DNA from: an uncultured Nitrospiraceae bacterium
GTDB taxonomy: Bacteria; Nitrospirota; Thermodesulfovibrionia; Thermodesulfovibrionales; SM23-35
Reading direction: 5' to 3'
Assembly (NCBI GenBank): GCA_963727775.1
Contig: CAVSHB010000003.1
Coordinates: forward strand, 224,001-288,000
DNA: 64,000 bases
The notes beneath the pieces are model-generated. The model did no database searches. It was given only the letters and a program-made list of their open reading frames with translations, and had not been told where the DNA came from. This document shows positions 42,141 through 51,596 of this stretch, piece after piece. Both the position numbers and the translations under genes were made by a program. Numbering within the stretch: position 1 is the stretch's first letter; each line of letters opens with the position of its first letter.

Positions 42141-43066
42141 TGCCGCCTCTATGAAGTCGCTTGAACCGCAGCAGTTCAGTGGCTGTTTTTCTTGACGATC
42201 TATGCATCTACCTGAGGAACCTCTTCTATGCAAGTTATTGTCACTGTGACAGTGAAGGAGGAATAATATGCGTCAAATTTTATCAAAGTATATATAACAT
42301 CTGCTATGTATTGGATTGTCTTTTTAGAAGCGATAGGAGGACTTAATAAAGTTCGTTGTTCATAGGAGGACCGGTATGAAAAAGATAGGGGGTTCGTTGT
42401 TGACTTTCGTTTTTCTTTTCAGCGTATGGGTTCTGCCAGTCATGGGGGGCAGACACATCACAGGATGTGGAAGAGTTGAAAGGCGAGGTGCAGAAGCTGC
42501 TCCACAGGATTCAGGACTTGGGAAAGAAGCAGAAAGAAAGCGACAAGAAGTTTGAGAGCGTGAAAGAAACAACAGAGGTTCAGAAAGAAGAAGCTCAGTT
42601 AAATAAAGAAGGGAAGGCAAAGACCTCAGTGTATTGGAGGGACCATTTAATTATTGAAACAGCTGACAAATAGTTCAAACTCCAAATAGGTGGGCAGGTG
42701 CAAGTCGATACGAGGCTATTTACCGGAAAAATACCCCGAGCCCGTCTTCTTTTGATCTCCGGAGAGCCCGCTATGACATGAGGCTATGTATACGGGTGGC
42801 ATAGACAATGACTTCCGCGTCACGGTGGAGATGGCTGGGCCGCCCCATTTGTCGAGAACGCATACTGGGTAGGTAGGGTCCATCCCGCATTTAATCTTAT
42901 GCTTGGGCAATGTGGGCGCCGCTCGAAAGGAACCGAATATGGCGGCGGCGGATGCCTGCTGTAGCTGGTCAGGGCGCAATCCAGCGTGGAACGCCCTGCG
43001 CCGAGGCGAGTTATCTCTAATCAGTTGTAACCCTGATTCGGAACTTTCGTTATTATTCTACCCAGC

Positions 43067-43744
43067 TTACTGCCTATTTCTATAGGACCTTCCTTCGAAG
43101 GTGATGAACTTTCCGTTCATGCTGAGCCGATCAAGAATCGCCGATGCAGTCACGGTATCAAACACCTTCCCCCAGTTTGACGGTACAAGGTTGGTGGTGA
43201 CGATGGTCGTGCCCACTTCCGCCCTTTTTGAGATTATCTGGAAGATGCAGTCTGCCTGTTCTTTGCTCGGGATCACATAGCCGATCTCATCCAGACACCA
43301 AACGGCTGCCCGCGCGTGGTATTCGATGAAGCTGTAGATGCTCTTGGCCTTCGCCATTTTGGCGGTGAGGTCAAACAAGGTAAGAAAGACCGTCTGACAG
43401 CCTTTGGTAAGGGCATCATGGCACAGTGCGGTTGCGACATGGGTTTTACCGACACCGGCCGGGCCTATGAGCACAAGGTTGCTGGGTTTCTTAAGCCACT
43501 GGGTGTTCATGTATTCTATGATCTTGTCCCTTGGTATCTTTGGATTATATTTCCAGTCGAAGTCATCGAGGATCTTTGTTCTCTTGATGCCGGACATGTT
43601 CATGAGGTACTGGATCCTTTTTAACTCCTTTCGATGATACTCCTCGGTGAGGAACTTCAACATAAACTCCTTTTGTTCTTTTGAAAGAGCTTCAAGATCC
43701 GCAAGGAGCCTGAAGTGCCTCCACAGCTCAGATAAGTTCATCAT
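43067..43744 (-). CDS. istB: IS21 helper AAA+ ATPase IstB
   Basis: GPAGVGKTH, LDEIGY, TTN...W...AILDRL, FEGRSYR. Confidence 0.93.
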   Translation of the reverse strand: MMNLSELWRHFRLLADLEALSKEQKEFMLKFLTEEYHRKELKRIQYLMNMSGIKRTKILDDFDWKYNPKIPRDKIIEYMNTQWLKKPSNLVLIGPAGVGKTHVATALCHDALTKGCQTVFLTLFDLTAKMAKAKSIYSFIEYHARAAVWCLDEIGYVIPSKEQADCIFQIISKRAEVGTTIVTTNLVPSNWGKVFDTVTASAILDRLSMNGKFITFEGRSYRNRQ

Positions 43745-45140
43745 AATCGCTCAGTTGCCTCCCTTCATATGAGATATGTAACAGCCCCGGGTTCTGGGGA
43801 TGCACGGGATTGTCCTGATTGCCCGCCGGACCCAGAAGCCCCTGGATATAGGTCACTCTATAGGTATCGATGCTTATGGCGGCCTTGACCGCCGATATCA
43901 GTGTCTCCCTGGCTATGCCTTTAAGAAGTTTGAACAGTTCGTAAGCAACCTCAAGAGGATCCTGTCCCTCTTGTTCAGCGCGGTTGAGGAAGTGTTCGAT
44001 GTTTTTGTCCATGGACTTCAGAAGCTGGTGCATCCTTTTGTATTTATAGTGGGGAGTGATATTGAGAAGTTTCTCGCGGTGAGAAGGATGTTCTATCTTT
44101 TGTTTTCTGTCGAATACCCGTTTGTGCGTCGCTATCTTTCTGCCATGCACCGCTATTTCTATGTGCTGAGGATACCCAAAGATGTCGCAGGGCATATCTC
44201 CGTACTGGGATGGCACTGAGTAGCGGTTGGTGTCGAACTCCACAAAGCACGTCTTGTTGATGGATGCCGGCTCCTGTCTGTAAGGCAGGTAATGGATTTG
44301 GGGGAGAGCTATGAGTCTCTCCTGCTTTAACGCCTCAACAGGAGGCATTCCCGTGGATCGGTGAATCCTGGCATTTCTCTGTATGCGCCAGAGGCCGAAT
44401 CTTTTATTAAGATCGTCGATATCGGCGAAGGTATTGATGACGAGGAAGCTTTCAATGTCTCTGATGACCCGCTCAACCCTGCCTTTCTCATTAGGCTTGC
44501 CAGGATTGCAGGCACGGATAGAGAAATTATAGTGCCGTGCAAAGTCCAAAAAACGAGCATTGTAAGTTATCTCCGGTTTTCTCTTTATGACTACGGACTT
44601 GAGATTGTCATAAGCATGTCTGTTGGCGACACCTCCTATTTCTTTGAAGGCCTCAATATGGCCGTCCAGGAAAAACTCCATAGAGCTCCTCAGATAGAAG
44701 TGAGCGTAAAGGTACCGCGAATAGGACAGGATGTAGCCGAACCCGTAGACTACCCCGAAAGGCATGCTCCTCTGCATCCAATCAACCTGCGATTCTTCCC
44801 CTGGAAGAAACTCCAGCGCATGGAAGGAGTTGCCCTTCCGCTTCTTTCTTAATGGGAGCGTGTAATCCTTCACCGCCGTATACCCTCCCTCATACCCGTA
44901 GCCCTTCAGCCGCTCCATTACCTGTATGGCCTGCAGAAACGGATATTCCGTGTACCACTGCTGAATTAACCGCGCATAGGGCGCCAGGATGTTACCGGAG
45001 GATCTTCTCCTGGTGTCGTCTTGCCGAATGAGGCGGGTAACCTTTTTTCTCGATATGCCCAGCTTCGTCGCTACCTGATTCAGGCTCAACCCTTCAACCT
45101 GATATAGGTGCCGCGCCCGGTTTTGAAGCGATTCTTGCAT
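43728..45140 (-). CDS. istA: IS21 transposase IstA
   Basis: N-terminal HTH; PGEESQVDW, LSYSR, YDNLK, EKGRVER, NRYSVP. Confidence 0.93.
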   Translation of the reverse strand: MQESLQNRARHLYQVEGLSLNQVATKLGISRKKVTRLIRQDDTRRRSSGNILAPYARLIQQWYTEYPFLQAIQVMERLKGYGYEGGYTAVKDYTLPLRKKRKGNSFHALEFLPGEESQVDWMQRSMPFGVVYGFGYILSYSRYLYAHFYLRSSMEFFLDGHIEAFKEIGGVANRHAYDNLKSVVIKRKPEITYNARFLDFARHYNFSIRACNPGKPNEKGRVERVIRDIESFLVINTFADIDDLNKRFGLWRIQRNARIHRSTGMPPVEALKQERLIALPQIHYLPYRQEPASINKTCFVEFDTNRYSVPSQYGDMPCDIFGYPQHIEIAVHGRKIATHKRVFDRKQKIEHPSHREKLLNITPHYKYKRMHQLLKSMDKNIEHFLNRAEQEGQDPLEVAYELFKLLKGIARETLISAVKAAISIDTYRVTYIQGLLGPAGNQDNPVHPQNPGLLHISYEGRQLSDYDELI

Positions 45141-45215
45141 TGATGGATCATCTCCTTCCCTGATGTGATGATCCAGTTTACCTCAGCGCCGATTACGAGT
45201 CCATTTCGTCTTTTA

Positions 45216-45584
45216 TCATGGCCCATAGGCCGCAAACGTATGACTATCAAGCCTTCGCAGTCGTATCTCGTCTTTTATCATCCCTTTAATGCCACCCGGT
45301 ATCAGCAAAACCAGTTCCTGTAAAGGCTTTGAAGGGGGTATCTCGTCTTTTATCATTTGTCGCGGCAAGGGAGACACATGTAGCTCTTTGCGTCGCTGCC
45401 GCCAGGGTTTGACATAGTCGAGATACAGGTTATTGAAATACTCAGGATTATTTTGGCGCCACCGCTGCTGGGACTGGTTCTTTCTTGCCCGCTTGCATTG
45501 CTTTCGCTGACAGACTTTCTGCCTCGCTCCGATCCGTTTATCAGGCGTGAAATACCGCCCACAGTGCATGCATCTCTTTACCAA
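45216..45584 (-). CDS. Basic Cys-motif (putative Zn-binding) protein inside IS21
   Basis: CMHC...CQRKQC; GGAGG RBS; lies between the left end and istA. Confidence 0.75.
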   Translation of the reverse strand: MVKRCMHCGRYFTPDKRIGARQKVCQRKQCKRARKNQSQQRWRQNNPEYFNNLYLDYVKPWRQRRKELHVSPLPRQMIKDEIPPSKPLQELVLLIPGGIKGMIKDEIRLRRLDSHTFAAYGP

Positions 45585-45864
45585 TGATTACCTCCAACTA
45601 CTTTGTTGTAGGTATCATTGTATGTAAAGGTGGGTCTCTAAGGTGGGTTCTTCAGTCTACTCATTAATTCTAACTGCAATCTTCAGGCTGGCTCCATCAG
45701 CGACGCTTTCGGTTCCTCCGTTACCAGTTCTTTTACTCCGCCGCCCACAGGCAATTCAAGGTGCCGATCAATTCATCTGACAGGTTAACGGAAAAGGCAG
45801 CGCTGAACTTCATAGAGTATGCGGTTACCGAGCCTTTAACTGCTTACTATGATCGCGGCTTCAA

Positions 45865-46077
45865 CATTATCAGTAAATTCTTAAGAGTATCCTCGATTGC
45901 CTTTGCCATCGGACATGATGCTTTACCGAATCCGACAATAGTTAGTTTCTTAAAGTTTTCGATCTCCCATAATGATGCAATGTGCGGGCAGTATTTTTGT
46001 ACCGATTTGTATGGTGAAACAGCTTCTGAAGCGGCACTAAATATTTCAGTGATCATTTGTGTTGCAGTTCGGGTCAT
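45865..46077 (-). pseudogene. Glycerate 2-kinase (DUF4147/MOFRL-type) 5' fragment
   Basis: IFSAASEAVSP...IVGFGKASCPMAKAIE; truncated against the porin remnant. Confidence 0.7.
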
Positions 46078-46186
46078 TTTCTGAATATATCCCAAGAATG
46101 CATAGAAAAGTTATTTCTATAAACTTGACAGTGTAACTATTACGCTATTATAATGTAGTCATTAATTCTTGTAAAGGAGTTACTTT

Positions 46187-46447
46187 ATGGTTTCAGCCGG
46201 CGTCAAGGAACTTAAGGCAAAACTAAGCGCGTATCTGGATAAAGTCCAAAAGGGTGAGCAGGTCATTATCACCGAGCATGGTAGAGAGGTCGCGATTATT
46301 ACTCCTATCTCAAAGGAAAGAATGGCAATCAGGTCTCTCATTGATGCGGGTAAGGCGCACTGGGGCGGAGGAAAACCCAAAGGACTTGCCGGTATCAAGA
46401 TTAACGGGAAGCCTTTATCTGAGACCGTCATAGAAGAACGCAGATGA
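46187..46447 (+). CDS. Phd/YefM-family antitoxin
   Basis: GVKELKAKLSAYLDKVQKGEQVIITEHGREVA; upstream TTGACA(46125)-18-TATAAT. Confidence 0.92.
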   Translation: MVSAGVKELKAKLSAYLDKVQKGEQVIITEHGREVAIITPISKERMAIRSLIDAGKAHWGGGKPKGLAGIKINGKPLSETVIEERR

Positions 46448-46869
46448 TCCTATATCTTGGCACAAGCAGCCTCATAAAGTTATATATGGAGGAACGATGT
46501 TCTGACATGGTCAGAGAATGGGTCAAGGAGGCAGAAATAGTGGCAACTTGCCGAGTGGCTTACACTGAAATGATATCCGCACTTGAACTTAGGCTGAAAC
46601 GAAACGATCTCTCGAAAAGTGACTACGAGCATATTGTGAGAAGATTTTCAGAGGATTGGCTCAAATTTGCTGTTGTTGATTTTGACGAAAGAGATGCAGG
46701 AGCCCTTGTTAGAAAATATGGACTGACCCGATTTGATGCGATCCACCTCTCCGCTGCAAGGCTTCTAAAAAGCGAGGGCCCTGATATCTCATTATTATTC
46801 TCCTCAGCTGATACTAACCTTTGCAAAGCCGCTGCCGCTGAGGGGCTGAAGGTCTTGTCCTTCTGCTAA
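46444..46869 (+). CDS. VapC-family PIN toxin (first catalytic Asp appears replaced by Gly)
   Basis: YLGTSSLIKLY (family pattern YLDTSAL), TE, FDAIHLSAA, SAD. Confidence 0.88.
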   Translation: MILYLGTSSLIKLYMEERCSDMVREWVKEAEIVATCRVAYTEMISALELRLKRNDLSKSDYEHIVRRFSEDWLKFAVVDFDERDAGALVRKYGLTRFDAIHLSAARLLKSEGPDISLLFSSADTNLCKAAAAEGLKVLSFC

Positions 46870-47025
46870 GCCACATAATCTACGGATGAGATTAATTAGG
46901 GACAGGGTGGATGATTTTTATCAAACGAGTGTTGTAGCAACCTTTCACACCTTCGGGAGAAAAGATATTGAAAAAAGCGAAGCGGAAATGACAAGGGATG
47001 AGAGTCAAATAATAGCCGTAATATC

Positions 47026-48042
47026 GTGGCACAGAAAATAATGAAGAAAAAAAGAAGTATTTATATATTTATAATCACCAGTTCTGTTTTGTTTATTACC
47101 TATCTGCACTATTCTACCATCCCCAAAGTCCATGCGTTGCATGATATTTACAGAGAGCTTTATTACATACCACTTCTCATCGGAGCTATGGCATTTGGTC
47201 TCAGAGGCGCATTATTGACCTATCTGTTTATAACAGCCGTATACGCCCCCTATATCATTGAAAGTTGGTCCGGGGATTTATTGTTTGAAACAAAACGATT
47301 GCTTTACTTCTTATTCTCAGGAATATTTTCTTACTTAGCTGGATTTCTTATCGACCGTGATAGAAAACAACGTAAACAGATGGAGCATGACCGTTACCTT
47401 GCTGCCATAGGGCAATTCGCGGCCGGAATTGTTCACGATCTAAAAAATCCGCTCATTTCAATCTTAGGATTTGCAAAACGTATCCAGGAAGGCAAGGGGA
47501 ATGTAACCTCTTCGATCCAAACAATCATAGATTCAGCACAAGATATGCGAAAGATTACATTGGAAGTGCTGGATTTTGCCAAGCCTTCTCATTTAGCTTT
47601 GGAAGAAGACATGAGAAACATTATTGCTCGTTCATGTGATGTTTGCAGGACTAAGGCTGAAGAGAAAAGCGTGATCTTATCAACGGAACTTCCTTCAACT
47701 CCAATAAAAGGCATGTTTGATAGTTTACACATGGAAAGAGCTATTTCAAATCTTCTAAGCAATGCTATCGATGCCTCTGGTAAAGACCAAGATATTAGAA
47801 TCAGAGCTGATCTGGGGAAAGATTCCATAATCATAAAGATCAAGGACAATGGGTCGGGGATGGATAAAGAAACACTCGAAAATATCTTTACTTTATTTTA
47901 CACAGGAAAAAGAACCGGGACGGGACTTGGTCTTCCTATAGCCAAAAAGATTATTGATGAACACGGAGGCGAGATCGTTATTAAGAGTCAGCTTGGCACA
48001 GGAACAGAAGTCACTATATATATGCCACTATCTCGAAAATGA
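47026..48042 (+). CDS. Membrane sensor histidine kinase (no adjacent response regulator)
   Basis: About 4 TM helices; VHDLKNPL, NLLSNAIDA, DNGSGM, GTGLGL. Confidence 0.92.
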   Translation: MAQKIMKKKRSIYIFIITSSVLFITYLHYSTIPKVHALHDIYRELYYIPLLIGAMAFGLRGALLTYLFITAVYAPYIIESWSGDLLFETKRLLYFLFSGIFSYLAGFLIDRDRKQRKQMEHDRYLAAIGQFAAGIVHDLKNPLISILGFAKRIQEGKGNVTSSIQTIIDSAQDMRKITLEVLDFAKPSHLALEEDMRNIIARSCDVCRTKAEEKSVILSTELPSTPIKGMFDSLHMERAISNLLSNAIDASGKDQDIRIRADLGKDSIIIKIKDNGSGMDKETLENIFTLFYTGKRTGTGLGLPIAKKIIDEHGGEIVIKSQLGTGTEVTIYMPLSRK

Positions 48043-48197
48043 TGTCACCGTAGTTCGATTAACGGGAATATAAGTGGCGATGTGTCTTATTACAGTTTAT
48101 TGCAAGCAATATTTACAGATGGTAACAGGCTCTAATAATCGAAGGTTGCGGGGAAATACAAACTGCAAGATATGATGTTTAGCAGAGATTGTACTAA

Positions 48198-49541
48198 ATG
48201 AAAAGAAGAGTCATAGAAGGGTCAATACTCTTTATCAGCGTCAGCAAATGGGTGATCCTGGCGTCGTGTATAGGGGTTATTGTTGGCTTATCAACGGCAA
48301 TATTCCTGAAACTATTAGGTCTTGGGATAACATTTACAAGCAGCTATAAATATTATTTTGTTTTGCTTCCGGCAGCGCTATTCCTTAGCAGTCTAATTGT
48401 AAAATATCTTGCTCCGGAAGCAGAAGGACATGGCACAGAAAAAGTAATAGAAGCGGTACATAAACGTTCCGGGAAAATAAATCCACTGGTTGTCCCGATA
48501 AAGCTTATTGCGACAATTATAACAATTGCGCTCGGCGGGTCCGCAGGGAAGGAAGGTCCCTGTGCACAAATAGGCGGAGGGCTTGCGTCTGCATTTGCTG
48601 ACCTGTTTAGGTTTAGGAACAGAGACCGCAAGAAGCTGGTTATATGCGGCATCAGTGCGGGGTTTGCCACTGTATTCGGGACACCTATCGCAGGTGCCAT
48701 CTTTGGTGTTGAAGTGCTTTTTGTTGGCGGCCTGATGTACGACGTGCTTCTCCCTGCCTTTGTTGCAGGCATTGTGGGCTATCAAGTTTCTTCCGGTTTG
48801 GGAATAACGTATTTCTACCACCAACTAAACTTTGTGCCTGTCTTTAGTAGCCTCTTTTTTATTAAGGTGTGCTTAAGTGGCATATTTTTCGGACTCTGTT
48901 CTTTCCTGTTCATTGAAATTTTGAAGTATTCTATGAATCTGAGCAAGAGAATAAAAATGTGGATGCCATATAAGGGGATATTTGGAGGTGCTGTCCTTGT
49001 ATTGCTTACGTTTCTGCTGTCTCCTCAATATTTAGGCCTTGGACTGGATACAATTAAAGGTGCCCTTGAAGGCAGAGACGTTCCGGCATTAGCTTTCTTC
49101 TATAAAATGGTATTTACTTCGATTACCCTTAATTTCGGCGGAAGCGGCGGCATAGTAACTCCTATCTTCTTTATAGGATCTACTTCCGGCAGCTTCTTTG
49201 GCAGGATTTTCGGGCTTGATCAGAACATATTTTCTGCAATAGGAATGGTCAGTCTCCTTGCAGGTGCAGCGAACACACCGATTTCCGCGAGCTTAATGGC
49301 TGTAGAGCTTTTCGGTGCTCAGGTGGCTCCTTATGCGGCAATAGCCTGTGTCATCAGTTTTCTGATGACGGGGCATAGAAGTGTTTACCCCAGTCAGGTA
49401 TTATCCATTGCAAAGGCAGCCTCTTTCATCGTGGATAAAGGCGGCGTCATGGAAGATATCGACGAGATAGAGGTTAAACTCAGGCCAAAAAGCCTTATCG
49501 GCGGAATAGTCAAACTGATGAACAGAATGAGAGGAAAATGA
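48198..49541 (+). CDS. ClC-family chloride channel/antiporter
   Basis: GGSAGKEGP, FGTPIAGAIF, GGIVTPIFFIG. Confidence 0.92.
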   Translation: MKRRVIEGSILFISVSKWVILASCIGVIVGLSTAIFLKLLGLGITFTSSYKYYFVLLPAALFLSSLIVKYLAPEAEGHGTEKVIEAVHKRSGKINPLVVPIKLIATIITIALGGSAGKEGPCAQIGGGLASAFADLFRFRNRDRKKLVICGISAGFATVFGTPIAGAIFGVEVLFVGGLMYDVLLPAFVAGIVGYQVSSGLGITYFYHQLNFVPVFSSLFFIKVCLSGIFFGLCSFLFIEILKYSMNLSKRIKMWMPYKGIFGGAVLVLLTFLLSPQYLGLGLDTIKGALEGRDVPALAFFYKMVFTSITLNFGGSGGIVTPIFFIGSTSGSFFGRIFGLDQNIFSAIGMVSLLAGAANTPISASLMAVELFGAQVAPYAAIACVISFLMTGHRSVYPSQVLSIAKAASFIVDKGGVMEDIDEIEVKLRPKSLIGGIVKLMNRMRGK

Positions 49542-49648
49542 GGCGGCGAATCGATTTCGCATGGATTTTTGATGAGACAATTCGAGTGGATGACTTGGTA
49601 CGATATATTCGATAGGTTATAGAATCTTTTGTCAATGTCATTAGTAGA

Positions 49649-50089
49649 GTGCATGATATGAATTCATATAAGAAGAGAGATTTTGTCAGTTCACTGTTCC
49701 TATTTTATTTTATTGTGTATGCAGTGTCTCCTCTTTCTTATTCTTATACTGCAAAAAAGGTAGTTGGGAATTTTAGTGCTCCAGACACAACATCCTGTGT
49801 TTCAAAAGATATTGATATTTTTTTCTGGGAACTTATCTGTACAAAACTGGCTTCAAAAAGAGAGGTTCCTAATTCCAATTCGATCACAATACTTTTCAGA
49901 AAAGCACGTGCAATCTTACCAAAAGATATCAATATAGAAATCATGCATTCGGAAGATCTATATGTAGCAGAAGGGTACCTTGTTCCTGTTTCATATCCCT
50001 TATCCACATTAGCAATTCTGTTTCGTGGACAAGGCCAGTTAGAGGATTATCCTCCCATGCATTCCGGTCCTTCCCCGCCTTCAGTATAA
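49649..50089 (+). CDS. Hypothetical protein with N-terminal signal/TM and C-terminal HSGPSPPSV; candidate regulatory leader
   Basis: Hydrophobic FVSSLFLFYFIVYAVSPL segment; paralog at 40701-40994 supports coding status; start 49649 or 49658. Confidence 0.7.
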   Translation: MHDMNSYKKRDFVSSLFLFYFIVYAVSPLSYSYTAKKVVGNFSAPDTTSCVSKDIDIFFWELICTKLASKREVPNSNSITILFRKARAILPKDINIEIMHSEDLYVAEGYLVPVSYPLSTLAILFRGQGQLEDYPPMHSGPSPPSV

Positions 50090-50332
50090 ACTGCACAGTT
50101 GGTTTTCGTATCTTCTTAGAAGATCTACTTGCTAAGGCAATAGAAACGCTCTCTGTTAACGGATTTCTATGAACACCCTTTTCAGAGAAATCCCTTCGCA
50201 ACTTGTCAAGGAAAGAAGTGAGAAACGCCAATCTGTGTGGAAAGCAATCAAACTCTTGGTACAAAACAGAATGGCGCATTTTGTTTGCAAATTTTGTTAA
50301 AAGAACTTTTTGTCGAGAAAGGAGGTATATAG

Positions 50333-50620
50333 ATGAAAAAGTCAATTTTATTAGCTCTTCCTATAATGTCATCGCTATTATTCGGATGCGCTTCCACAGA
50401 GTACGTAAACCACCAGTTAGAACCCATAGTAGAGCGAATGAACAAATTGGAACAGGATGCAAAGGAAACTAGATCGCTGGCTCAGGAAGCGATGAAAACT
50501 GCAAATGATTGTCGCACCAAGGTGGCGGCTGATGCAAAAAAGTCTGAGGCCGCTGCCGAAAGAGCTGAGAGCGAGGCAAAGAAATGCGAAAAGGCCTTCG
50601 AATTACATCAGCAAAAATAG
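50333..50620 (+). CDS. Lpp/OprI-like alanine-zipper lipoprotein 1 (95 aa)
   Basis: AAGGAGG RBS; lipobox LFGC; Ala-rich coiled coil; C-terminal Lys. Confidence 0.82.
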   Translation: MKKSILLALPIMSSLLFGCASTEYVNHQLEPIVERMNKLEQDAKETRSLAQEAMKTANDCRTKVAADAKKSEAAAERAESEAKKCEKAFELHQQK

Positions 50621-50681
50621 GAAGAGTCTTTGATTCTGCACTAACAGACTCGCAAAGCGGTTTGTGAAAGGAGGTGAAAGT

Positions 50682-50837
50682 ATGATAAAAGGACTTTTGA
50701 TCGTACCTTTGATATCACTGCTACTGTTCGGATGCTGCACCGGAGAATATGTAAAACGGTCTGAAGCCGCGGCTGAGAGGGCTGAGAATGCAGCAAATAA
50801 ATGCGAAAAAGCCTTCGGCTTGTACCAGCAAAAATAG
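50682..50837 (+). CDS. Lpp/OprI-like alanine-zipper lipoprotein 2 (51 aa, absent from the ORF track)
   Basis: AAGGAGGTG RBS; MIKGLLIVPLISLLLFGCCTGEYVKRSEAAAERAENAANKCEKAFGLYQQK. Confidence 0.78.
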   Translation: MIKGLLIVPLISLLLFGCCTGEYVKRSEAAAERAENAANKCEKAFGLYQQK

Positions 50838-50898
50838 TAATGCTTTTTGATTATGCGGCAAAAACCTTTTGAACTATTTTGGGAGAGGAGGTGAAAAG

Positions 50899-51297
50899 AT
50901 GAGGAGAGGACTTTTGATTATACCGTTGATATCGCTGCTATTCTTAGGATGTGCCACAAAAGATTATATAAAAGAGCAAGTAGACCCGCTGGTTGATAGA
51001 ATCAGCCAGCTTGAGGCAAAGGTTACATCCATTGAATCTAGAGTTAATTCACTGGAAGCCAAAGTAAAAGAAGTTGATGTTGCCAAGAAAGACGCCATGG
51101 AAGCTAGAACTTTGGCCCAGGAGGCAATGAAAATTGCAAAAGACTGCGAGAATAAGGCTGAGGCCGCAGAAAAGAGAGCTATAGCTGCAGAAAAGAAAGC
51201 CGCGGCAGCGGCCGAAAGGGCTGAGGCGGCAGCTGAAAAAGCTGAGCTTGCCGCAAAGAAAGCTGGGAAGGCCTTTGAATTACGTCAAAGAAAATAG
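50899..51297 (+). CDS. Lpp/OprI-like alanine-zipper lipoprotein 3 (132 aa)
   Basis: GGAGGTG RBS; lipobox FLGC; long heptad/Ala zipper; ends FELRQRK. Confidence 0.85.
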   Translation: MRRGLLIIPLISLLFLGCATKDYIKEQVDPLVDRISQLEAKVTSIESRVNSLEAKVKEVDVAKKDAMEARTLAQEAMKIAKDCENKAEAAEKRAIAAEKKAAAAAERAEAAAEKAELAAKKAGKAFELRQRK

Positions 51298-51352
51298 AGT
51301 CACGTGCATGTTGAATGACTCTTTTATGTGGGGCAAGATGACATCTCGCCCC
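51296..51352 (+). terminator. Probable terminator hairpins after the lipoprotein array
   Basis: AGAGTCA/TGACTCT followed by Ts; second stem GGGGCAAGAT/ATCTCGCCCC. Confidence 0.5.
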
Positions 51353-51447
51353 TTCCTCCGCGTACCTTGTGAGTAATGGTTATTATATGCGTAAAATATT
51401 TTGCTTCTAATGACTTAAAATATGCTGCCTGATAAAAACATTTTTAA

Positions 51448-51530
51448 ATGAAAAAGAAATTCGTAGACGAGTCAATCCTTTTTATCAACATAATTAAGTG
51501 GTTATTCCATACATCACTGTTTTTAATTCC
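51448..51530 (+). pseudogene. 5' remnant of a second ClC gene
   Basis: MKKKFVDESILFINIIKWLF versus MKRRVIEGSILFISVSKWVI at 48198. Confidence 0.55.
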
Positions 51531-51596
51531 TATAATTTACATCTTGTCATCCTTATGGAAAACGATGAGACGGATAAGAAGATATTTATGTCTTTC

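Larger units (their letters stand above)
42911..45749 (-). mobile_element. IS21-family element carrying an extra ORF
   Basis: TG...CA ends; imperfect inverted repeat TGTGGGCG(C/G)CG-N4-AAA(G/A)GAAC; 5-bp target duplication GGCAA at 42906-42910 and 45750-45754. Confidence 0.9.
42376..45875 (+). pseudogene. OprO/OprP-like porin pseudogene interrupted by IS21
   Basis: Signal peptide, coiled coil, ETADK*FKLQIGGQVQVDTR; across the IS the frame rejoins as LMLGQ|FKVPINSSDRLTEKAALNFIE; frameshifts and stops. Confidence 0.7.

Noticed and set aside
48198..49541. Fluoride-specific CLC-F exporter with riboswitch
   Set aside because: Has GHGTE and GKEGP rather than the GNNLI/GREGT CLC-F signature; no fluoride riboswitch pattern recognised upstream
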